A stretch of 63,853 nt of DNA, the filler included, from Octopus bimaculoides (taxonomy: Eukaryota), in assembly GCF_001194135.2 (NCBI RefSeq). It is 9 parts of 8 records of this genome, joined end to end, with 100 filler letters (N's around TTAATTAATTAA, not from the genome) between each part and the next. Parts side by side here need not be neighbours in the genome. Positions count along the whole stretch, not along the records: positions 47,588 to 57,023 come from NC_068983.1; positions 57,124 to 63,853 come from NC_068992.1; 7 more parts are not named here. One strand, written 5' to 3'. The notes beneath the pieces are model-generated. The model was not told the origin of the DNA and did not search any database. It saw only the letters and a list, made by a program, of their open reading frames with translations. Both the position numbers and the translations under genes were made by a program. Positions 53,141 to 63,853 of this stretch are shown here, in pieces; the stretch's first letter is position 1; every line of letters begins with the position of its first letter.

Positions 53141-54409
53141 ATTGGGTTGGCAACTAAGTTACCGCAGTATTTTCATTTTGGAATTTATTGCGTTTTTAAA
53201 TTTTGTCATCTACTTGTTTCGAGAATTCTATTTTTGAATCATTTTTTAATCTTTTTGTTTTCTAGTTAATTTTAGTTAATTTTTGTTTATTTTTAAATCG
53301 TTAAAATGGAATGTCAAGTTAATAAAAACGAGCATTTTCGACACCTCCTTCTTTTTGCTTTCAATCAAGGTTCTAAGGCCGCAAATCTGCTCGCGACATT
53401 TGTGCTGTGTATGGAGAGGGTGCCATAGCTGAAAGAACCGCTCATGATTGGTGTACCGAGTTCAAAAAGGGAAATTTTGACCTCAAAGCCGCACTTCGAT
53501 CTGGCCGTCCAGTTCAGTTCGATGAAGAGTGATTATACCAACTTTTGCATTAAAGATCTCGTCAAACGACAAGGGAACTGACAGAGAAAATGGAATGCTC
53601 CCACACTGCTATAGAAAAGCATCTTCACTCGATGGGAAAGGTTCAGAAGTATGGAGGATGGGTTCCGCATGCTTTAATTGACAACAACAAAAATCAACGA
53701 GCCACAATCTCCGCCGGTTTGCTTGCTCGTCACCGCTCAACTGATGGACAGAAGCAACGATTCCTTTACCGAATCGTTACTGGCGACAAAAAATGGTGCC
53801 TGTACATCAATATGGAGCAGCGTAAGGAATGGCTTAGCCTCGGTAAATAAGCGACACCGCGTGTGAAAGAAGACCTTCATCCGCATAAAACGATGATGTG
53901 CATATGGTGAGACTGGGAAGAGATTATCCATTACGAATTGCTTGAACGGAACCTATGTTCAACAGATGGAAGGACTCAACACATCTATTTAAGATAAAAT
54001 ACCTAATCGGCAGCATGGAGTTTTTCTGCTGCACGACAACGCCCACCCTCATATCGCCAATATGACCAAGGAAACCATTCAAACGCATGGCTGGGAAATG
54101 CTGTCACAACCGCCCTACTCTCCTGATTTGGCAGCAACGGATTTCAACCTCTTTCGAGCTCTTGCAAATGCTATGCGAGGAGTTTCGTTCAATACTAATA
54201 CAGAATTGAGAGCTTGGTTGGATCAATTTTTCGAGTCGAAATCGGGTGATTTCTACCAACTAGATGTTGAAAATTTTGTTGAACGTTGGGAAGAAGTTGT
54301 AAATAACAAAGGTGAATGCATTATTGATTAATTAGTTGTTATTTTCTATTAAATCTTTTAAAAAATATAAATTTTAAAAATCGGCGGGAACTTAGTTGGC
54401 AACCCAATA
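53141..54409 (+). mobile_element. Full-length decayed mariner (DD34D) transposon
   Basis: TIRs ATTGGGTTG(G/C)CAACTAAGTT(A/C)CCGC (23/25 match). Transposase pseudogene 53306-54331 with RSGRP, WVPHAL, IVTGDKKW, HDNA-34-D and YSPDLA; several stops and frameshifts. The right TA is intact. Confidence 0.95.
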
Positions 54410-56186
54410 TAATGGTCGGTTTCATTTCTGCACACGTGTTTACAAAAATCGGCGAGCTAAATAGCACCTTAAACTTTCTTAAATCACACCTAAACATCTT
54501 AAAAATAAGCATTAATTAATATAGTGCGCATAACACATTGCTCATAATATACAAGACTGTCATTACTGAAATACTTTTGATAATATACCTTCAATTTTAT
54601 TTGAGGTGACATGCACTTGTATAAAACGTCTATACTAATAGATGCTACAGATTTTATAGCACTTATGCGAACAGTACTATATTTCTATATGTTGCTTAAA
54701 ACCTAAGTTCTCTTCTACAACATAATAGAAAATCTTTTATGTGAAAATACTAAATATTTAGAAATTAGAATAAATGTGTTATAGATTGTTTCCCTAAGTT
54801 ACTACTTTCAATACCCCTTTTCATTACTAAAACTAAACAGTTCATCTATTTTCCGACAAAGTAATCTTCACTGAAGGGTTATATTTTCCCACGAAGCGAG
54901 ATAGTTCCTTATTTCTTTTAAAGCTATTTGTACTGAGTATTTGCTAACACAGTTTACCAGTATTTGCGTACTGTGTTACTTTGATATGTGAGAAATATTT
55001 CTCTTTGTGTTTAGCTATCCCTAAATTGTATCATTACTTTTATCTGAGATTTTAAGGGTGGCTTTGGAAATAGAATAAACAAATATATATATATATATAT
55101 ATGGCAACGATTATATTCTACTGAAGAATCTATGCGGTTTGTGTTGTAAAAGTATCATGTTACTATTTGGAATCAATAAAATAAAATATCCATTGATTTT
55201 CCAGCTTCACTTCGGGAACCTATAGCCGGAGATTATCGGATCATTATGCATTATCCCAACAAGGAATAAAGAAACAAATCAACAATAAATATGTACACAA
55301 TCAGTGTTCTGATAATCAATATTTTATATGAACACGTGCTTATTTGATCAATAATTGATAATTATCCATAAGCTATGTAACCAGCATTACATTGAATTGC
55401 ATGCCACAAAACATATTGAAAATTTAGCACATGCTACAAATTAAGGAAGGAAAATTTATCAACGCTATATAGGTCGCCAATTGCCTGAGATTTGTATTAC
55501 TTTGTTGTGAATTTTGAACATTTCCTAAGTTGATGAGTAGTTCATTGTAATTCACCAATAATCAATTAAAATGTAGAATATCAGAAGTTACACTGGAAAT
55601 AGTTTCTTTAAATATTTCTCGTAAAGTAGCGTTTGTGGGAGGGGTATTATAATACGAATGATTTTTAGAATAATGTTTATAATCCTTATCTTGATCTGTA
55701 TATATCCCGAGTATTAGATTAATTTGCATACTAACCACTGGTAACTAATGATGGTGGTGTAGGTTGTATTAGAGTATACATCACTTGACGTGTAGTTATT
55801 GAATCCACCCTCGGATGATCAGGCAGAAAGTAATGTTATTCTTTTATTCTTTTATTTTACTAGCTTCAGTGACTGGACTTGATCAGTGAGATCCTCCCCA
55901 GTATTTATTTTAAGTCTATCGATCTCATTTTGCTGGACTGCTAACTTAAAAGGAAAAATTAACAGCGGTTTTCAAACAGTGGGAGAGAAACACAAGTATG
56001 TGAGCCCCAGACACAGGCGCGCGCAGAGTGTGGGCTCAGTCCTCGTCTAGCAAATTGATTCGCAAAATATTGAAATAGAATCTTCTAAATATAATAGAAA
56101 ATATTTGATCAAAGTAACATGTAAAGACTGAATCCAAATCAAAATGGTTACGAAGCATCATTTAAATCAGTGAGCCATATATGCGC

Positions 56187-57009
56187 CTATACGTAAATCT
56201 TGAAATATGTTGCGTCTGTTGCTGTACCAATTACGGGATCCGACAATGAGCCTAATTCGAACTTCTTTCTATAGATCTCAAATCGTAGGAATACAAACCA
56301 ATTAACAATATGACTTGAAATTATAAATTGTTTTTCTTTGAGTCGACGTTTCTGGTATCCGCTGAAGTACTTTCTTGAAGACATTGCTATGCCTCTTGCT
56401 GCCTAGACCTCTGTGAAAAAGAAATTGGGGTAATATTTTTACTAGCCACTGCGAGACAGAGATCGATCAAGATAAGCATCCACAACTTAACACAGTCATA
56501 AATGAAGGATTGTTCATTTTGTACAAGGGGATATTCCAACAATTTTTAAAGTCGAAAAAAGGCTTTGTTATAGAACATATTGTAAGTCCAAAATTAGGAG
56601 GCAAACTCTTTCACTGGTCATTAAATAATGGTGTGGACATAAGAATTCTTATCTCAACCGTGCTAATGTAGTAGTAGACATAGTTGACAATGGGAGGGGA
56701 AGGGCCGAAGTTTCCAAAATAATTCAAGTGACGCGAATTATCTGCGAGTTCTCGGTACTTTTATTTTTTATGCTATTCCACACCGAGAGAAACAGCAGGT
56801 GAACACGTCGTGGTTAGATACTGCATGTCGAGACTCTGCGTAGAAGTGTGATATGACGTCCGCTAAGACTGGTAACAGCAACTGCATGGCAAAATACTAA
56901 AATACAAAAATTGACAGAATGAAAAAAATAAGTTGCTTCAGAGGGGTCCCTCCAGGATTAGAGGCCCTAAAGGTTAAGCTTCATTAGTTTTATAGTAGAT
57001 CTACCACTG
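56187..57009 (-). mobile_element. hAT-like transposon 5' end and transposase N-terminal remnant
   Basis: Minus-strand terminus CAGTGGTAGATCTACTATAAAACTAATGAAGCTTAACC at 57009; ORF start MSSRKYFSGYQKRRLK resembles hAT N-termini. No second TIR found. Confidence 0.5.
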
Positions 57010-57449
57010 TGTGTGTATATATANNNNNNNNNNNNNNNNNNNNNNNNNNNNNNNNNNNNNNNNNNNNTTAATTAATTAANNNNNNNNNNNNNNNNNNNNN
57101 NNNNNNNNNNNNNNNNNNNNNNNAAATAGGTAAAGAATACTGAGAAGAAAGTTTAATCTATGACGTTGTACGTATCACTTTCTCTCTCTGTTGAGCGCGT
57201 GTGTAAGAACGCTGTCCCAGGTAGAAGGGAAGAAATATAAAAGTTGCTAGAAACAACAGCCAAATCTCCCTTAAATCACACAAAGTAAACGGAATTTTAA
57301 AAATCTAATTACTGCACTGGAAAGTTCAGATCGAAAAAATTCCATTGATGTAAAAATTTTAACGAAAAAGTGGAAAATGTGGATTTCTATAAACTTTTAA
57401 AAAGGCTTCACACAGACACACAACTTCAGCTTTATATATTAAGATAGAT

Positions 57450-58285
57450 AACTCTTTCCCTAATTAGTTAGGCTATGACTCTCTCCATAACTTTCATCAC
57501 CTGATCCAACAATTTGATACCACTAATTATTTCTATCTAAGGCATCACATTTACCTTTGTAGAAGTTGACTATGGTTCTGTTACACCAGTCATTGGGTAT
57601 GACTCCTTCATGAACCACCTAATTTACAATATGTGTGACTAGATCACGATCGACACCACCAGATATTTTAAGCATTTCAGCAGCCAGTTCCTGGTGGTTT
57701 GGAGGCTTTCCCTGCTTTCATATCCTTAATTGATTTATCCACCAAGTAACTGTCAAATCAGGTAGCTGGTACCTGAATTGGATCAACATTTAGCAGACAC
57801 TCCTCCCATTCACTCTCCACATTCAGCAGTCTTTCATAATGGCATTTTCAGGCCTCTTTCTTTGCAGAATCATTAAATGCAAGTGCACCATCATTCATGT
57901 GGACACATTTCTCTCCTATGACATCACGATTTTCTCTCACATATTGTCTTGCAATCCAAAACACTTCAGTTCTTTGGTCCTCACATCACTGAACATAGGC
58001 AAACTTCTTTTCTGCTTCTCCTCTGACTTGATATATCTGTCTTCTAGCTTCCCTTCTGGTTGTCTGATGCAGTTTCCTGCTAACCTCACTCTTCCAGGCT
58101 TTCCAGGCCTGTTTCTTTGCTCTAATGACCTTGTCTACTGCATTGTTCCACCACCACATCACCCTAGGTCTGGATGGGACTTTGCACCAGCCACAGATTT
58201 GGTTTGTGGCACTCTGCAGACTGTCCTGAAGGAACTCGCAGTAGCCCTCTATGTCACAAGTTTGTAGCTCTTCCTCTCTCTTATC
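57450..58285 (-). mobile_element. RTE-clade LINE fragment (EN-RT linker and RT N-terminus)
   Basis: ICGWCKVPSRPRVMWWWNNAVDKVIRAKKQAWKAWK..HYERLLNVE..IKDMKAGKA..AEMLK..IPNDW..FYKGKCDALDRNN..IKLLDQVMKVMERV. Confidence 0.9.
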
Positions 58286-58319
58286 AATTTTGTTGTTTTT
58301 TCTTTTACTTTTGCTTTAG

Positions 58320-58413
58320 GTCAAGCTGAAGAATATGAAAACTTCCAGCATATTCTCCTGTATCTATGTTCTTAAAAAAAGTACTTTTTACCATGAATGT
58401 TTCTTGACAAATA
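58320..58413 (+). CDS. Candidate exon A of an unknown spliced gene
   Basis: TTTCTTTTACTTTTGCTTTAG| ... |GTAAGT; open in phase 0, ends in phase 1: VKLKNMKTSSIFSCIYVLKKSTFYHECFLTN. Confidence 0.3.
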
Positions 58414-58488
58414 GTAAGTTGATAAAAGATATTTCTTACTTCACTCTATTAGAAATTATGAAATAGTTCTGCTTTGCTGCCTCTGTAG

Positions 58489-58527
58489 ATTTACCAGATG
58501 TTGTTGTTAAGAAGGGGAGAGAGCAAG
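58489..58527 (+). CDS. Candidate exon B (39 nt, phase 1-1)
   Basis: CTTTGCTGCCTCTGTAG| ... |GTGAAT; LPDVVVKKGREQ, in frame with exons A and C. Confidence 0.3.
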
Positions 58528-59835
58528 GTGAATTCTAAATGACCTACACTGTTGCACTGATATTACTATCAAGAGTTAAATCTTGCAGTCGCCAACACCA
58601 GATTCCAAACCAGATATAGAAAATGAATCCTTTTACATCAGATTTAAAATGAAAAACACCACTTGTATGATGGTGGTGTTCATATACAACTATTAACCAG
58701 ACAAGGAGACACAGGCACCCTTTCCACACACACACACACGACAGGTTTCTTTCAAATTCTGTCTACCAAATCTGTCAAGTTTTTGCTCAGCCAGAAGATA
58801 CTTGCCCAAGGTGCCACACAGATAGCTTTTCTCAAATCTGAATCTGGAAAGTTTAAGTTTAAAAGTAAAAACTACTGATGAAAAATAATACTATATTTGG
58901 TAATACTGATCTGTGTAATTTTGGTTAGATCCCTGAACTCTATTGCAACACATACTGACATTTTTCCAAACAGTTATCATTGACATCAGTTTATGAGAGA
59001 AAGAGATAGATAAAAAGAAAATCTTTATTTTTGCACCTAAAGGCATCATGGATTATTCTGAAATGCTTTAGTGAGTTTATAAAAATCTTGGAGCTGAGCT
59101 CTCTATATAGACCTTTCTTGTTACAGCTAGATGCCTCGTGTCTTTAGATATTCTCTCAACTTTCTCTTTAAGAAATTATTCTTATTGTAACTGACAACTA
59201 TGTTCTGATTTATATGAGATATTCTTGCTGTCATCTTTTAACAGATTCATTATTCATTGTTCATTATTCATTATTTCTCATATAACATATGAAATGTACA
59301 ATGTACAAACAACAAATTGTACATTATATATTATAAATGTTTAATGTTATTAATAAACATTGTTGATGATAATTCTTTCTTTTATTAATTAACCAACTCA
59401 TTAAACATAATTTAACTATAAATGTTACAACTACCATTTCTTTATTTCTTAATTCTTTTGATAGCAATCTGCCTGAAACTAATCCAAGTTCTATGATAAA
59501 AATTCTTTGTTTTAAAGTGATCTGAATGAATTCCTTTAATCAAAATTCCATGTTGACTTATATTCCAAACATCAGCTTAAAAGTAACAAAGTTATTTAAT
59601 AAATTCTTCATTAATCTCAAAATTAATTGAAACCAAGATATTATTTTCCAACAGAAATATTGTAACAAAAAGGTTAATGTTAAGAAAATCAGTCATCTTC
59701 TGTTGTGGAATTACTCAGATTTCAAAATGTCAACTAAGTCACCATTTTTTTACAGCACATTTCTTTTGTTAATATACCACAACTACTATACCATCTCTTC
59801 TATTACTTTTTAAAATTTACCTCTTTCTTCTCTAG

Positions 59836-60039
59836 ATTCTGTGTGGAGAATAGATCTAACCCAGGCTAGTTCCAAGCAAACTAATATTAAAAAAATAACC
59901 AAATCACATTTTAAAGTACATGCCAGTGAAGGTTATCACCATCTAACATTCAAAAGGCTAACTAATCTCCACATATTCTCTGCTGTTACCAGTATTAGAA
60001 ATATAAGCTCTGATGTGGTTAAAGTATCCTTTACAGATA
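59836..60039 (+). CDS. Candidate exon C (204 nt, phase 1-1; alternative donor after 60065)
   Basis: CCTCTTTCTTCTCTAG| ... |GTAAGA; lies in the 90-codon non-repetitive ORF 59841-60113 (SVWRIDLTQASSKQ...VKVSFTD). Confidence 0.35.
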
Positions 60040-60689
60040 GTAAGAACTCTATTGACATATCCAAAGTAAGAATTTTTACTTTCTTGAATTCTGTGATAGC
60101 ATTTTTATTTTAATTATTTGTTTACTTATTTATTGTAATTGTTGCTATTGTTATTGTTGTTAATGTCCTGGTCAGCCTTGATTGAGAAAACTTTAGGTTA
60201 AAAACATTCCAGGAACGGCTATCATGTTTTCCCAAATGCATTCATCCAAGACTTTAATTCAGTTAGTCCTTCTTTCTAAGACAGTAGGGTGTTATTCAAA
60301 GAAGGTTTGGCATCTATTTCTTGCAAGTTGGCTTATTACAAAGATGCTTCCCTCATTAACTGGAGTTATTTTATATGTGTATCAGTGAGTATTTGTGCAT
60401 GTGCATGTGCACGTGTCCGTATGCATGTGTATATGTTTATAAATGTATCTACATTTGTAGGGACCTTGCTTGGCCTTGCCTGTGATTCAAAGCTGAATCC
60501 ACTGGCTTCTTGCTTGTCAGACAAGCCTGAAATCCCTTTGTGTTTGCATCTCTACTCTGGATGATTAATGGGAAGCACTCAACCTTGCTGGTCACTAAAG
60601 GTCAGTCCTTTGTTTAGGATTTAACCTACACATGTGTATATATGTATGTATGTATGTTCATATATTCAAATACATATGTATGTGATGAC

Positions 60690-61585
60690 CATCCACTCGT
60701 GACCAAGGATGACCATTGCCGACCTTCAGGAACATTGTGCGCTCTAGGACTAACTTATATTTTGCCTTTGCAGCTCTGTTGGTGGCTAATGAGCCCTGCT
60801 CTTGACAAGCATACACGACTGCAAACATTGCAGATTAAGCTTTCCCCATTCACTATATGAGCCGTGCACTTTCGCGCAGCTCGCTTAAGTTCTTCATGCT
60901 GGATACATGCTCTCTCAAAAGTGTCGATCCCCTCCTTAACCTGCTTCCTCCATCCAGTCAGTGTTCTGCATATCACAGGCCTTTAATGAGGACTTGACAC
61001 GGTCCTTAAATCGCAGCCTTGGTTTCTGCCAGAGTCTCCTTCCATTCACAAGTTCTCCATATAGCATCTGCTTAGGAATCCAGCTATTCTTCATTCTAAT
61101 AAGGTGTCCAGTCCAACGTAACCAGTGCTTGTGCGCTATCTCCTCAATACTCAAGATATCAGCTGTCCTCAGGACCTGTGTGTCTGGAATTTTTTAGGTC
61201 TAGCCAACATTGAGAATGTGCCTGAGACATCTCTGATGAAAGCGTTCAAGGACCCATACCTGACGTTTGTACAGAGTCCATGTCTCACATGAGTAGAGGA
61301 GTGATGCCAGTACACATGCACAGTACACAGCAACTTTTGTTTGCCTTGCGATGCCATGCTGGGACCAGACACGAGACTGAAGAGACCGGAAGGAATTAGT
61401 TGCTCTCTGCAACCTGAAACATATTTCCTCATCCAGGGAGCAAGAACGGCTGAGTGTGCTGCCCAGGTAGACAAACTTGTCTACTACCTTCACAATTGTT
61501 CCTTCAACCAAGATAGCTGGTTTCACATATGGATTTCCTGGTGCAGACTGGAATATTACAACAGTCTTGTCCAGTCTTTTTTTTA
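60690..61585 (-). mobile_element. RTE (BovB-like) LINE 3' fragment with terminal zinc finger
   Basis: KTVVIFQSAPG..VVDKFVYLGSTLS..LLYSCETWTLY..LERFHQRCLRHIL..WLRWTGHLIRM..IPKQMLYGEL..RFKD..CNVCSRVCLSRAGLISH. Confidence 0.92.
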
Positions 61586-62724
61586 TAAATATATATATTT
61601 ATCTAATTTTTTTTAGTACATATGTATGTACATACATATGTACATACATGCATACATACGTACATACATACATATGCACTGACATACACATACATACATA
61701 TAGTTGACTCTCCTGTCATAGACAACAGATGAGTGTTCTGCAATTTATTTCTTCCAGAACAATCTGCACAGATAATCTGCTTATAGTGATCAAATGATTG
61801 TGTTGTACATGAGCTCACTCCCTCCATGAACCTGATGTTGTCTTTATACGAGCACATTGTGCCACATGTGAGACATCCAAGAAATCACAGTGCAATGTGA
61901 GATAAAGTGTTTTGTTCAAGAACATATGCATCACCTGGTCTATGAATTGAAACCTTGATCTCATGATAGTGAGTGCAACACCCTAACCACTAGGCCACAC
62001 AGTTTCATGTATACATATCTGATGAACCCTCCCATTAGTTTCAACATTTGAGAATCCAACAACCTACACATTCTTTGTGACATTTGAATTCCACTACCGA
62101 TTTTTAAAGAAGCCTGCAGCTGTTACAAGCATGAAGATTATGAGTCAGTGCAGGTGGTATATTTGCAGCTGTTTTACTCCTTTGTCTTATACCCTTAAGC
62201 CTGTTAAAGCTGGCTGAAACAAAGTCTCCTGCACCATTTTGAAACAACGATCTCCATTCTGTTCACTCCAAGATTGTTTGCTCAAAGGTGTTCTGAGTTA
62301 TATTGCCTACTGAGGTTTCTCTTTAGCTTATCTAAGCCATGGTTGACCAACACTCTTTTATCCACTACTAGCAGTATAACCTGACGTTGTCCAGGTGTGA
62401 CTTATTATGCCATCTATGATAAGTCTTGCTAGGTGAAAATCAACTAAAAAAGAAAGCCTTACAACGAAAAAACCCTTATGATGTAAATATGTTCATAATT
62501 CAAAAGACGATGAAATTAATAGGGAAAGTTTAAAGGCTGTTTTGCGTAACATTATTAAGTGTACGTAAATTTCATCTGTCTAATTGTCTATACAAATGCT
62601 TGTGCAAAATAACTTTTTGCGCTGCCTTGATTATACATAGCAGGGTAATCTCTTTTCGCAGAAGGTAGGACGGCAATTTCTGATGAAGCAATTGCTGGTG
62701 ATCTGTTGCTACATAGTTCTGCCA

Positions 62725-63076
62725 GAATTCTATCAGATTGGGCAGTAGATGATGATGCACCGTTTTGCATTATGTTCAAAGCAGCTTCTGAAATGTGGTG
62801 AATTGCTGCAGTCTGTTGTTGTCTTTTTAAACTGGTTGCTTTCTTTCCCCAGCAAGCTCTCTTCTTTGGAGGCATAATCTATGTACATATGAAACNNNNN
62901 NNNNNGAATTCTATCAGATTGGGCAGTAGATGATGATGCACCGTTTTGCATTATGTTCAAAGCAGCTTCTGAAATGTGGTGAATTGCTGCAGTCTGTTGT
63001 TGTCTTTTTAAACTGGTTGCTTTCTTTCCCCAGCAAGCTCTCTTCTTTGGAGGCATAATCTATGTACATATGAAAC
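62725..63076. other. Exact 171-bp duplication either side of a 10-N gap (unmerged contig overlap)
   Basis: 62725-62895 is identical to 62906-63076. Confidence 0.85.
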
Positions 63077-63160
63077 AGAACAACAAAAGTTATAACAGAT
63101 GGCAGGGTCGGTAGTTTTCACATTTCGGTAATTTTTCAAATTAACACCCGTACGGTTATG

Positions 63161-63185
63161 TAACCCAACCCTAACCCAAACCCTA

Positions 63186-63218
<33 letters not shown>

Positions 63219-63266
63219 CCCTAAAACCCTAACCCTGACCCTAAAAACCGTAACCCTAATGCCCTA
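63161..63266. repeat. Interstitial telomere-like (CCCTAA)n, degenerate
   Basis: About 16 units of CCCTAA with CCCTAAA, CCCTAAAA and CCCTGA variants. Confidence 0.9.
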
Positions 63267-63853
63267 GTGAAAATCGTGCAGGTGTTAATCTGAAAAATTA
63301 CCCACATTTGTAATGAAGTTCACTGATTTTCAATGTGTCATCCATAAGCTCCGTAGTTTGTATATTTACAAAACATTGACGAACATGAGTTATATTGTAG
63401 TGAATGCTTGTGTGTACGTGCGCGTGTATGCGTTTGAGAGAGCGAGAGAGAAGAGGGAGAGAGGAAAAGAGAGAGAAGGGGAGAAAGGAATAGCGAACGG
63501 GAGCAATGAAGAGAGAGGAAGGGAGAATGGAAGACAATAATAAAATAGCAATGCATGCGCGTGTTTATATGAGAAACCCACAGAAACTAAATCTTATATC
63601 TATAATGTTGATGTGTGTATGTGTTTATGTGTATGTTGTTGCCACAGATCACGTATGTGTGGTTGTGTGTGTTTTTACGTTTCTATGTTATGAAAAATAT
63701 GTTAGAGGTAGAGGGATAGAAGAAAGCTATTAAATGGGAGAGAGGAAGAAGTACGAAGTAAGAGTGAAAAGGTAGAAGGAAAGAATAGTCTTAAAGCAAG
63801 TTAATCTATGACTTTGTATATATCACTTTCTCTCTCTCTCTCTCTCTCTCTCT

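Larger units (their letters stand above)
62368..63403 (-). mobile_element. Probable non-autonomous Helitron carrying telomere-like repeats
   Basis: Minus-strand 3' end CCTGGACAACGTCAGG-TTATACTG-CTAG|T at 62368; short ORF MPPKKRAC...; (TTAGGG)n between inverted repeats. The 5' TC at 63403 is tentative. Confidence 0.55.

Noticed and set aside
62725-63076. Apparent tandem duplication of the MPPKKR ORF
   Set aside because: 100% identical copies separated by exactly 10 N; most simply an unmerged contig overlap.
63161-63266. True chromosome end
   Set aside because: Short, degenerate, and flanked on both sides by ordinary sequence.

Overview
Eukaryotic, AT-rich draft-assembly DNA with many N gaps and no recognisable intact host gene. 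The microsatellite density, the tRNA-derived SINE families and the RTE/Penelope/mariner content suggest a coleoid cephalopod, probably Octopus; this is an inference from repeat composition, not a database hit. The window is dominated by decayed mobile DNA: three SINE families, several RTE LINE fragments (one with an embedded PHD-type C4HC3 finger), an R4/Dong-type 3' end lying in (TAA)n, two Penelope-like elements, two mariner copies and a mariner MITE, a hAT end, an L1/Tx1-like ORF1 remnant and Helitron-type termini. The most interesting signals are: (i) three different type I hammerhead-ribozyme-like motifs within about 8 kb (37.3-45.4 kb), two of them inside long inverted-repeat structures; (ii) a four-copy array of a conserved ~50-nt semi-palindromic core with diverged ~100-nt spacers at 17.0-17.6 kb; (iii) a probable non-autonomous Helitron carrying (TTAGGG)n between 28-bp inverted repeats. 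A few candidate spliced exons are flagged at low confidence. Almost all entries in the ORF track are microsatellite or N-gap artefacts. Element boundaries are approximate unless a junction is stated.
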